This document shows, piece after piece, positions 25,908 to 36,834 of a stretch of DNA of 64,000 nt. Made by a program: the position numbers and the translations under genes. Position 1 is the stretch's first letter, and each line of letters starts with the position of its first letter. The notes beneath the pieces are model-generated. The model was given only the letters and a program-made list of their open reading frames with translations, did not search any database and was not told the DNA's origin. Source of the stretch: Lama glama (Eukaryota). Location: positions 99,698,001 to 99,762,000 of the forward strand of contig CM052816.1 of assembly GCA_028534125.1 (NCBI GenBank), given 5' to 3'.

Positions 25908-26149
25908 TAAAATCATAAAAAAGCATGAATACTAGTTATTTCAGGCAGTCCATGTCCAGGATCTAAAGGGACCCAGAGCTCAATAGACCTGGAGAAACAG
26001 GATTAAAATGAGCAGCGATGTCTTCCTTCCACGCGTGCCTCCCGTTCAAGCACAAAGCCCCCGATTTCCACAGTAATCATGCAGCCATCCCTAAGCCACC
26101 CGGAGCCTGGCTCCACTTTCCACGTGGCTGGGGAGTCACTGGAATCTAA

Positions 26150-26252
26150 GATCTTGGGGTTGGCGACTCTGCTGGTTTTGTTCATTTTGTCCCCTGTGCC
26201 TAGGACGGTTCCTCCCACTGGGTAGCCGCTCAGGGGGACAGTTACTGGATGG
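26150..26252 (+). mobile_element. L2 3'-end fragment
   Basis: 'ttttgttcattttgtcccctgtgcctaggacggttcctcccactgggtagccgctca' resembles the L2 3' terminus. Confidence 0.5.
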
Positions 26253-27830
26253 GCCCACGGCAGAGCAAGCAGGGCCCAGAAAGCAACAGGAAGAACAGGA
26301 CGGGCACCGAGCGCCTGGCGCTGAGACGGCAGATGACCACGCGAACGCTGCACAGATGTCTGAAAGACCCAGAGTTCCTCAGCTTCCGATCTATCCCCAA
26401 CCCTCTGTTGAGATCAAAAATACTTTGGACAAGAAGATGCAAATCAAATAAGTATTGAAACAGGACATGGATGCTCAAACTAGATAAATAGATTGTAAGA
26501 GGGTCACTTTTGAGCTGGAAATGAGTTCTTGCCTCTGGGCCTGGGCTAATTACATCCAGGGATACTGCGAGAAGGAAGGAAGGACACGGCTGACACGTCA
26601 CACACTGCCCTGAGCAGTCACAGAGCAGCGCAAAGTCAGAGGGAGACCAGAGGAGCAGGTGCAGTTATGATTCCACATAAGAGGAGGTCAGATTTGGCAA
26701 CCGTAATGCCAGGAACTGGGCGACAACGCTGACCAAGAGGAGGACAGGGCTGTCCCCTAAGCGCCTGGAAAAGCGCAGCTATCCCTGGTCTCCAAGGCTC
26801 ATCCATCAGGAATGTATGAGAACTTCATCTCCTTTGGGGACAAGATTACTGATTTCTAGGTGAGGAACATCGCAGACGTAGCTGAATGCAGATGTCAGCA
26901 AAGCAGGTGCAAATATCATCTTTCTTCTGGACACGAGAGAAAAACATAGACTGAACATTAATGCAGTTTAGACTCCTCACTAGTTCAAAGACCATTCCCC
27001 AAAGATGTGCTTTATTGGCTCAAGGCCGGCCCAGAATTTGCCATCCCCTGGATGTGGGCACAGAGGTCAAGCCACCCTGATTTTTTGGTGTGACTTAAAG
27101 CTTGAATAATAATTTCCCGGGATGATAGAACTAGCATCAAACGCATCTTTCCAGCTGAGACAGTGAGCTGGATACAACACAAAGGTACCTGCCTGGAGCA
27201 GAGGAAGCCGGTGCAATCCCAGTGGTCCACAGGATGACAGGGCTGCAGTCGCTCCCCAGCTCCGGGTGGTAGGGCCAACCCTTGGGGGGCATGGCTCTGA
27301 GAAGTGTTGAGCTGCCCTGACCTGCACTAATGCAATAACTCCTGAAACAGGGACCGCTCTGGTTAGATCACAGCCAGAACATCGCCCTTGTCCCATACTC
27401 TGAATGGAAAAGGGGCAAAGCAAAATTATGTCCAGAGGAAAAAAAGCTGGAGAAAAAAAAAAAAAACCTCAAAAAATAGGTTAGAAAAAAAGAGATTAAC
27501 ACTATGTAACTCAAGAGAAGAAAAGATCTGGTGAAGCTCTGAAAAAGAAACAAACAGAAAAATCTGAGATATTTGAAAATATTTTACGCCAAAAATAGAT
27601 CAGCTTAATTCTATGCAACTGTAAGGGTTAGAGTTGGAAGCAATGCATGGAAGCTGCAAGAGGAGTTTTAACCTAGAAGGGGTGGGGGGTGGGGGGGTGA
27701 CTGCAGATAAATTGACGACTTTCCAAGGCAATAGATTTTGTGATATTTGAAATGTTTGAGAAGTGGTTGACAGAGCTTACTAGGATGCTGTTGAAAAGCA
27801 TTTGAACCTCGAATCAGCCTTTGTCTAGAC

Positions 27831-28122
27831 CCACACTTTCCAAGATGGTAGAAGACGTGGCTGCTGAACACTGGAAACACAGCTAATCCAGACTGAGATG
27901 TGCTTGAACTGCAAAGTATCCACCCAGTTTCAAAGACTTAGCACACACACGAAGAGAAATGAAACATCCTGTGGGTATATTTCAATAATGACCACATGTT
28001 GAATTGATAATATGTGCGCTATATTCGATCGCATCAAGTCTCTGTAAATAATTTTGCTTTTTACTACAAAAGCACCTTAAATATCGTAAGTGGCTAACGT
28101 TTTATTCTCTTTGACAGCGTTG
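27831..28122 (-). mobile_element. MER33-like hAT-Charlie non-autonomous DNA transposon with 8-bp TSD
   Basis: 'gctaatccagactgagatgtgct...tttcaaagacttag...ttgacagcgttg' matches recalled MER33; flanked by GTCTAGAC (27823-27830) and GTCTGGAC (28123-28130). Confidence 0.8.
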
Positions 28123-28130
28123 GTCTGGAC

Positions 28131-28283
28131 CCCAGCCAGGCAGACACTGGTCCCGGCGTCCACAGGAGCTCCTTCCCCGGCGCTTCTGACAGATGCAGGA
28201 CATCTGCCCAGCCCTAGACCCGCTGAAGCAGAATCTGCATTTTAACATAATCTGAGAATCAGTTGTATAGATTGTCACTGCTC
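28131..28283. mobile_element. MER5A/MER5A1-like hAT element
   Basis: 'ccctagacccgctgaagcagaatctgcattttaaca' is a MER5A1-type internal motif; the element ends near 'cactg'. Confidence 0.6.
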
Positions 28284-29057
28284 TCAGATTTTTTTTAAAG
28301 CAGGAAGCCTTTCATTTAGAGGAAGTTTAGTGGGAAAACACTATAGAATAAGTGACAGTGAGGCTGCTCTTTTCTGTGTGGATTGCGGTGAGTTCTTCCC
28401 CACCGCTTCTCCCAGCTACACACCTCCACCTTAGTTCCTGTTCTCTGGAGTGAAGCATAGTAGGAAAACCATTGATCCGTACAGGTTTTAACATCTCTGA
28501 GATACCTGAAAACTATAAACGGCCAATACTTCACAATTCAGACTTGCATTTGAGTTTATCAGAAACAAAATTGCAAGCTATCCCTGAGTGTGAACATGGA
28601 TTTGTGGTCCAGTCACGACCTTGCTAGGTTCATTGGCTGTCAGAGTTGTCCCATCATGAGAACCATTAGAGAACCTCATGTTGAAGACGTAGGTCTCATT
28701 CAGTCAGAACTGCTGTGGGTAGCTAGTCAGCAACCTGCTTATTTAAGAGCTCTCGGCGTGCATTTAAAGGAGTTCTGGAAAGTTCCATGGCACCCTTCAC
28801 AGGGGCAGCACTGTCTCTCTCAAGAGCTGGTTTTGATTGATGCATCAACCCTGTATCTTTTTGTATAACTCTGAGTTTTTGCTTTATTTTTACTTCTCAT
28901 TTTACATTTTCTAAATTTAAAAAAATATGCTGGGGGTAAACTACCACATGACGCCACTGATTTAAGAAAATCCCCACCAAAGCTGAAAGCTTTCCACTCT
29001 GTTATAAATAATTTCCTTATAGAAATTGGAACAAAAGATTTATTTATGAAAGAGGTA

Positions 29058-29059
<2 letters not shown>

Positions 29060-29090
<31 letters not shown>
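29060..29090. repeat. (TG)n microsatellite
   Basis: About 15 TG units read directly. Confidence 0.95.
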
Positions 29091-29092
<2 letters not shown>

Positions 29093-29519
29093 GGCTGCCT
29101 TGAAATGAAAACATGTTGTATTGTTCTGATATATCTTCTAAAGTTCTTTTCTGTAAAATATAAAAATACAAGGTAAAACAAATGTTTGCATCTATACGGT
29201 GAATTAGCCTGGCATCCAATTGTAACTGGACATGAGTCCTTAACACATACAGTAGAAGAAGTAACACGTCATACGTAGCTACTCCTGGACGCTAACTCTC
29301 CACAGACTCAGTGAAACTTTTTTTCTCCTGTGTTAAGTGAAATAATTTGTCCAACGATTTCTTACCAAACTCTTCTGATTTAGAAAAAGACCAGAGGCTC
29401 ACTATGAAAGCTGTATCCTCTTTTAATTCATGCTTAAGTTTGCACCCAGGAGCTGAAGCAATGACACGGGTAAGTGTGATGATAGAAAGAACAATATAGA
29501 AAAAGTCTGTCCTCGCGGC

Positions 29520-29619
29520 CACGTGTGTGTGTGTGCGCGCACGTGTGTGTGTGTGCGCGTGTGTGTGCGCGTGTGTGTGCGCGTGTGTGTATGTGCGTGT
29601 GTGTGTGTGTGTGTGTGTG
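29520..29619. repeat. Compound (TG)/(CG) alternating purine-pyrimidine repeat
   Basis: 100 bp of uninterrupted RY alternation with recurring GTGTGTGTGCGC units. Confidence 0.95.
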
Positions 29620-29709
29620 GTCACATGGGCTCGTAACGATGTCCCTGGGCCAAACAGAGAGCGTTCCTAGCACTTCACAACCTAGGAGAAAATAACTTCA
29701 AGTATAGAT

Positions 29710-30030
29710 TGTTAAAGAAAACGCACCTGGCCATTTATTATCACGGGAGGGAAGACGCTCTGCAGGACTATTGCAGCAGAGGAGGGAGACGGGGCGCAGC
29801 TCAGAGGGCAGGGGAGGCTGGGGGATTCGCAGCCAACAAGCAGCGCCGGGGGTCAGTGGGAAGGAAGGTAGTGCAAGGACACAGCAAGGGAAGGGGCTTT
29901 CTTACAGAGACGGACCTGGGGGAGCCACGCGACCACAGGGCCGTCTGTGCAGGCCAGGCGGGGACGAGCCGAGGGGGGACCTCACGCAGCCTGGGCTCAG
30001 AGGGGCCTGATGAAACGTGGTCAAGCCCTC
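29710..30030 (-). mobile_element. ERV1 LTR, MER67/MER31-like
   Basis: 'tgttaaagaaaa', 'caggactattgcagcagaggagggagac', 'ggggattcgcagccaacaagcag...gggggtcagtggg' and 'gggctcagaggggcctgatgaaacgtggtcaag' follow the reverse complement of the recalled MER67/MER31 consensus. Confidence 0.65.
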
Positions 30031-31398
30031 CATGGGGGAACCCGGCACCCTGGCAGACAGGGAGCCCAGATTATATGTTTTAAGGACCTGGGGGAGGGGG
30101 GGACAATCTTGTTGTTTGTTTTGGTGACTCAGCAAGTTGTTTGGGGGAACTCAGAACTTTCAGAGAATTTCCAGGGTAGGTAATACTGGGAGTCATGAAT
30201 GAAGGTCTGATGAGTAAGGACGAGGGAATGACCCGCAGACCCTCTGGCAAGCCCCAGCCTCCCAGCAGACCTTGGCGCAAACAGGAAACCCTCGCTGAGC
30301 AGTGCCAGCGTGCTGGCAGCCCAGCTGTCCCGTGCCGCCCGGGCGTGTGCCCCGGGCTCGGGGGGACGCGGTGTGCCCCGCTGCCCCTGGAACACACACA
30401 GCGTTGGTTAGAAGCACCGATCAGTGCTCTGTGTAGACGCTCCGCCCTGGCTTTTGCATTTTATTGTCATCATCCCACGATCGCCCTCTCTTCATGTGCT
30501 TTATACACATTACGTCATTGGAAAATTCTCAGCAGATGCCACCTGAGGATGAACGTGCCAGGCCCGTGGTGGGTACATCCTCTGGAATCTGAATATCGCT
30601 CTACCCGACTGAAAACGTCAGGGAAGGAAGAGTCGGCTGGAAAGATATCAGATGTGCTGGCACTGGCTGCGTGCACCCCAACTTCAAGAGGCCTCGAGTG
30701 TGCACAGTCCTTGCTTCTAGAAGCTGCGCGTTCCCTAGTGGGTGCTGGCAGGATGGGGCTCGGCCAGGTGGGCAGGAAGGAAGCCAAGCACAGAAGGCGC
30801 TTGATTTTAAAGCAGCAAATCAACGTGGTCACCCTGAGGCTTAGTCTCACAGGAGAAGCACTGGTTTTGTTCCTGCTGTGGGGGTGGCGGCCAGAGCCCT
30901 GGACGGGAAACAGGCAAGACACAGCCCCTGCCCTCCCAGCTCTGACTGCAGCCCGGGAGCGGGTCAGAAGCCAAGGCCCCAGCTGGCAGGGGATGCACAG
31001 GCAGGAGGGGCGGAGGGCCCAGCCCGACGCGCCCTGAGGACGGCTCCTGGAGGAGGGCCTCCACGTAGAGGTCGGACAGACAGCCAGAGCCAAGGGCACA
31101 GAGCCATGTCGGGCACAGAAAAGCTGCTCCGTGCAGCCGGACCAGAAACTTGGGGGGGGGGGGCTGGAGAGGACTGTCGGGGCTGGGGAACTGGGACGTC
31201 GTCCTGGGACCGCCGGGGGCCACGAGCTCTTCTAAAGGTCTTCTCTGCGTCTCAGCCGCTAACCTGAAATGGAGGCCCAGCCTGGGCCGGTCCTCCACTC
31301 CGGCAAGAATGATTATAGTGGAACAAATATCCAGGGAGCTTGGGACTGGGGAAGGGCTGAAGGCATGGGGCTGATGCAAGAAAAAAGGACGTGGGGCA

Positions 31399-32003
31399 TG
31401 AGGAGGGCCGTGTCCCAGGCTTCAGCTGAGCCCCTGGAACGTGCCCCGCCAGGCGTGTGTCCTTGGCTTCGCGCAGGAAAGAATTCAAGAGCGAACCACA
31501 GTTGAGTGAAGGTAGATTTATTCAGAGAGATATATTGAAAGGCAAGAGAAAGGCCACGGGGTGTGGGGCTTGGGTGCTCAGATTAAAAGTAGGTACACAC
31601 TCCACAGACAGAGTGCGGGCTGCTTGCGAACGGGGGTGAGGGGAGGTCGCAGCCCTGTGAGGGGCAGGGTTGCCCGTTTTTATGGGCTTGGTGGCTTCAT
31701 ATGCAAATAAGTGGAAGGCCCAGACTAAGTGGCCTGGGGAAGGGGCTAGGATTCCCGGGAAGTTGGCCATTTCCCACCCTTTGACCTTTTGTGTCCAGCC
31801 TTGGGGCTGCCATGGCGCCTGCGGGCGTGTTATTCACCATGCTGATATTACAATGGGCGTATAATGAAGCTCAGGTTCTACTAGAAGTTGAATCTCCCAT
31901 CATCTTGAGCCTCAAGGCCGCCTCGGGTTGAATCTTCCACCGCTTTGATGCTGATTGCTGCAGCAGTCCTCTAATGGCTGTGCCCTGCCCCCTTCCTGCC
32001 TCA
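31399..32003 (-). mobile_element. Young solo ERV LTR (probably camelid-specific), 605 bp
   Basis: TG...CA ends with inverted termini (TGAGGAGG / CCTGCCTCA); near-duplicated flanks GGGCA / GGGCC; minus-strand AATAAA at 31517-31522 and TATA-like CATAAAAA near 31677-31684 in the right order; octamer ATGCAAAT at 31701-31708; CpGs retained. Confidence 0.85.
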
Positions 32004-35000
32004 GGGCCACCCAGGGGGACGACTCCTGGGAAACGAGGAACCTCAGCACTTGTGGATGGAGGACACAGAGGGAGAAGAGTGACCCCTAGCATCCAGTGTG
32101 GCCAGTGGCTACGAGTCACAGGCAAGGGGCAGACTTGGGAGAGATGGGGACTCAGTTTTGCACTGTGAGCATCAGGGTCCCGGGGACGTAAGAGGCAAGG
32201 GGAACAGGAGTTGGAGATCTAGAACCAGGTCGTCAGCTGACCCTACATGATGACTGATGACAGGAGCCAGGAGAGGTCAGAGCCAATGAAGAAAGAGCAG
32301 AGAAGCCGGGGAAATGGGGGAAGCCCCAGGGACAGGACCCTGGGGAATACCTAGGGGGTACCTGTGAGTGCAGGGGCTCCGGAGATGGAGGGGCCCGGCA
32401 AGGAGCTGTGGGCAGAGCATCGCCGGGATCCCGGGTGCCCGCGGGAGCTGTGGGTGGGGAGTCAGCATGGAGAGCACGTTCTCTCTTAAACTTGCTGGCA
32501 GCCTGCATGCTACAGAAACGTTCCAGGCTCCTTAGAGCTGCCAGGGTTACAGATAACGGACCAGCTGACCCAGAGGTGGAGGCTGTGTAATGTGAACCAT
32601 CAGAGCTAACATTCACTGACGAGCAATCGGACGGTGAGAAAAAGCGTCACTGAAGTGTTAAAACACGTCAATGAGAAAATAGGATTTGGTCACCAAAATT
32701 CACATATACTCCACTCTTCAGGGATACATACATTGAGTTTCATTTAGTTATTTGATTTTTTTTTCTTGCTGATTTTATTTTGGCCCAAACTTGAAAGAAT
32801 TTTACAAGTGAAATAATAGTGGGCTCAACAGAACTGAGGACTGGGGGAAGCCGTGTGTGTGAGGAAGTATTTGCTCGCAAGGACCCAACAGTTTGGAAAG
32901 TGTATTTCATGCAGCAGTTTCCAAGATCCGGACGTTTTCTTCTGTGCAGCAGTTACAGCGAGGCTCCGTTCATCTGGCTTGAACTTGAATACACTTTAGG
33001 GCCAGAGGAGATACCCAGCTCTCACTTACAAATGCAAACCCTGGGCTCTGAGTGGCTGGACGCCTTTCCCAGTGCAAAGTGTATTCGAGGATCGCTTCTC
33101 AGGTGGCACCGCATCGGGGTGGGGCTTCCCCTGGAGAGTGTGTGAGTTTCGGCCAGTTATGCACCCACGTCACTGATTCACAGCTTCCGTGTGTGCTGTC
33201 TCTGGAAGACCACCCCAGCCTCAGTGGGAGGAGTGCCGGGGGAGCCGGGAACCCCTGCTTCCTCCCTCAGCCCCCAGGGAAGCTCCAGGCCCCCTCACCC
33301 TCATGCTTCGCTCCTCCTCTGGTCCCCAGGCGCAATGGGTCTGCCTGCTTGCTTCAACTGGAGAGCTCAGTTGTTCTAAATAGAATACCCTCGGCAAACG
33401 CCCACTGTTCTTTTCCCCACCTCTGACTAGCTTGCTGCCTGTCTTGTGATTGTTTGGGTAGCCCCGTCCCCGTCTGTCTCTTTGCCAGACTGCTTATTTA
33501 CTGTTTTGAAAGCCTTCCACTTCTCGGCCACACCGTCTGCCCACTGCATCTGGCCACGCGGCCTCTCCTGCCCACCCCGTCCTATTCAGATCCCTGGGGC
33601 GGGCTCAGTTCCAGAGCAGCCAGCCATCCTTAACCCACTCTCCCCAAAATTTCTGCCACTTTGTTGCACTGAACTCACTGTGGGATGGGCCTTTCATGTT
33701 ATCAGTGAAACAGGAGTGACTGGTCCAATCGCGTGTTTTTCTTTCTCTTTCTTTTTTCCTTTTTTTCATGTTGACATTTGCTTAATCACATCTACCACAG
33801 CCTGGGGTCCTGTCAGATTTCATCTGTTTTGTCTTTTTTTTTCTTTTTCCAGAAATTGCTAAAATCCATTTTTAATTATCTCAGGAAAAATTTGTCCCTC
33901 CTCAAATTACACAGTTAACCCCATCGAGGGATGGGTAATTAAAAGCTTGCAAGTCAAGGCTTTGGCCTTGCTGGAGCTTTCTCTCCAAGAAAAAGAAAGA
34001 GGAAGAAGTTACTCTCCATTCTCTACGAGTCATAGAAGTTCCCACAATTTGTCAGACTGGCCCCATGTCTTGACCTTCTATTCAAACCACCCATCCAGCT
34101 GTGCCGGCCACAATAGTTACAACCTTCTTCTCATTCCACTCAACCTCACATCCTGCTAATAAACCGTTATCTCATCTCAGGGAAGCTGTTCTTCTTTGCT
34201 CAAATTCTGCATATGTTAAACTCCAGCTTGTGAAATGACTTTTAATCTGACCTCCGCTACTTTGGGATATAGTGTAACAGTCAATAATGTTATTATAAAT
34301 CTCTACAAATCTCTCCTAATGGTGATGATTTTACTACCATTTAAATATATCAGTGTGTATATGAATTAAAGTGACAATATGCTTGCACAATGTCTCAAAC
34401 ACATTTTGCAGGGACATTAATGCATTGACCAGACGTGGAAGCCTTTTACCTTAGTTTGGGGAGTGATAGTTTAGTGATGGTCAGCTGTATATCTGTCCTG
34501 TGTATCCATGCACTGGACAAAGCTTCAATCTGTGGGTCCAGTCCTGCACTAGGGAGTGAAGACCTCGTAATTTAAGCAGCTCACACTGCCAGGAAAGTTA
34601 GCATTTGAAATTGAAACTATTGTATAAGGTTAAAAATTGTTGCTAGGAAGACGAACAGAGGGTTGGCGAATCCGAGCCAGGAAGGAAAGACTATAGAATT
34701 CTTGTGTACGCATGACAAACTGCTGCAGAAAAGACCATGTTTTCCCCTTGAAAATGCTCAGGGATGTGTCTGCCTTGATTTTCCATGGCCCGTGGGGGCA
34801 GGTCCTCTTGTGGGTAGCAGGGAAATGTAACCCCACGTTCTTCTCTTTGACTGGATGACTACAGCATCTCTTTTGGCTCTTTCTAAGGTAATATTGCCCA
34901 AACTCCTGTCTCTTGGACAAGCCTGGAGACTCTCCATGGTCAACATCTTCTCAGTATCCATGCCTTCTATCTCCTGTTATCCATCTGTCCCCCTTTTAAA

Positions 35001-35011
35001 GATGACACTTA

Positions 35012-35135
35012 GGGGAGGGTGTAGCTCAGTGGTGGAGCACATGTTTAGCGTGCACGAGGTCCTGGGTTCAACCTCCAGTATCTCCATTAAAAAATAGTAA
35101 TAAAAAATAGGTAAAACTTAAAAAAAAAAAACTAA
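35012..35135 (+). mobile_element. Vic-1-type tRNA-Ala-derived SINE (camelid)
   Basis: 'ggggagggtgtagctcagtggtggagcacatgtttagcgtgcacgaggtcctgggttcaacctccagtatctcca' has Pol III A box (TAGCTCAGTGG) and B box (GGTTCAACC), followed by an A-rich tail. Confidence 0.85.
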
Positions 35136-36834
35136 AAGCAGTCAGGCATGGGAGGTGCTAGAGAGTCAGGGGCGGTCATCCCCAGGAGGGTAAGCCTTCC
35201 GGGGTCACCTCTGAGGAAGGGGCTCCAGGGGTGTGTGTGTGGGTTGGGGCATCAAGGTGGAGCCCCACCAGGTGGACCAGCATCTTGGTGGAAAAATGGC
35301 ACTTTTTGAACATTCAAGAAGAGAAGCTATCACTTCCTCCAAAAACAAATGCTGTGGGTGGTCTTACAGGTGCCCCACGGGGCTTCATCTGTAAAACGTG
35401 TCCCCTGGCCCCTACTCAGGGCAGCTTTCTAATCTCAAGCCCCAGAAGTTGTGCTAACCTCACCTTTCAACAGAAATTCAGAGAGTGGTGTGGTTCTCAA
35501 AGTCCCAACAGACTCAGAATACCTGCCCAGAAACCCACCAGCACCGCGAAGTCCGAGGACCCCCAGTCCCTTCCAAAGTGAAGAGCGCCCCTCAGGCTTA
35601 AAGCCTCATCCAGCTCCAAGGGCGCCTCCTCTGTCCCTTCCCTGCGTTTAGAATAATACTTCCCTCTGTTTTCACAGAGCTGTCTGCACGTCGGAGTCCC
35701 TGCGTGCGTCCATGTTTCCTGCCCTAGAATGAGCTTCTCGAGGGCAGGCGCCCTCCCAGCCCTCGCAGTCACAGCGTATCGTAGGGTTTTGACAGACAGT
35801 TGCCTAGTCAGAGTCCTGAGTCTGTAGAGCAGAAAGATGGAAGCTGCTGGAGAAAGAAAGAAGCTGGATTTGCACCCAGTGAAGTAGTTCTTGAAAAGGA
35901 GACATGAAAGCTCAACTACCTGGACAGTTTGTAAATTTAATAATTACTTGAGAATTATTTCCCCCAACACACATCTTAGCAAAATTAGAGGTTGTTGCAA
36001 TCAATTGATCAGCACACCATTGCTGGGTCTCTGACCACAGCGGCTCGCACGTCTGAGACTTGCCCGGGGCCCTTGGCGGCCTTCCTCCGGGCCCACAGCT
36101 GTAACTTCTCAAGGACACTTGAAGGTCCTTTCCAGCCAATGGCTCAATTTTAGCCTTCAGAATGTTATGAGAGAAGCTTGAGAGAAGTCGCGTGAGGGGG
36201 CTGCCCGACCTAGAGAGCTCCGGCATCTGGCCATGGTCACATGCTGGGTTAATCCAATTATATGGAAATGGTGGTTTTTAAAGAAAACAAAATTCACGCT
36301 GGGTTTTGGCAGAACACCTATCACGGTAGATGAGAGGCTCCTTTTTAGAAACCGCTGGCCCTGGTCATGTAAGTAATTGAGTTTAAATGAAATGGTGTTT
36401 GAAGGTGAACAGTTCAGCTGGCACAAGTGGCTGTTTACACGGGCTCTTTGTGTAACTGGGGAGGGGACCGCCCCTCCGACGCGCCTGCGCCGGCGAGGAG
36501 CTCGGACACTCCAGCCACCCGTCGACTGTCACTGCCGCCTGCTCTGCTATGACTGACTCCTCTCCAGCCTCATAAATGCCGTTATCTTGAAGCCCAGCTC
36601 TGACTTACTCTTGCTTGGTGTCGCTGCATAGACACGGTGCCACGGCACCAGCAAAGTAGCAAGGGCAGTGGGGGCTTTATCAGCATCAAATGCAATGAAG
36701 TCCTGTGAATTTATCACTGCTAATCTTAACCAGTTAAGAATGTCCATCAGACTAAGGCATCTGGGAGGTGGCTGAGGGCAGCCCGTTTCCCTCCAGACCC
36801 CTCTTCAGTTCCACCCATGACCATCATTGCATGT

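Noticed and set aside
27430..27650. A-rich stretch resembling an L1 ORF1/HAL1 remnant
   Set aside because: Similarity is mostly compositional and too weak to call.
35012..35086. Possible tRNA-Ala gene
   Set aside because: The acceptor and anticodon arms are degenerate and an A-rich tail follows; it is a SINE head.
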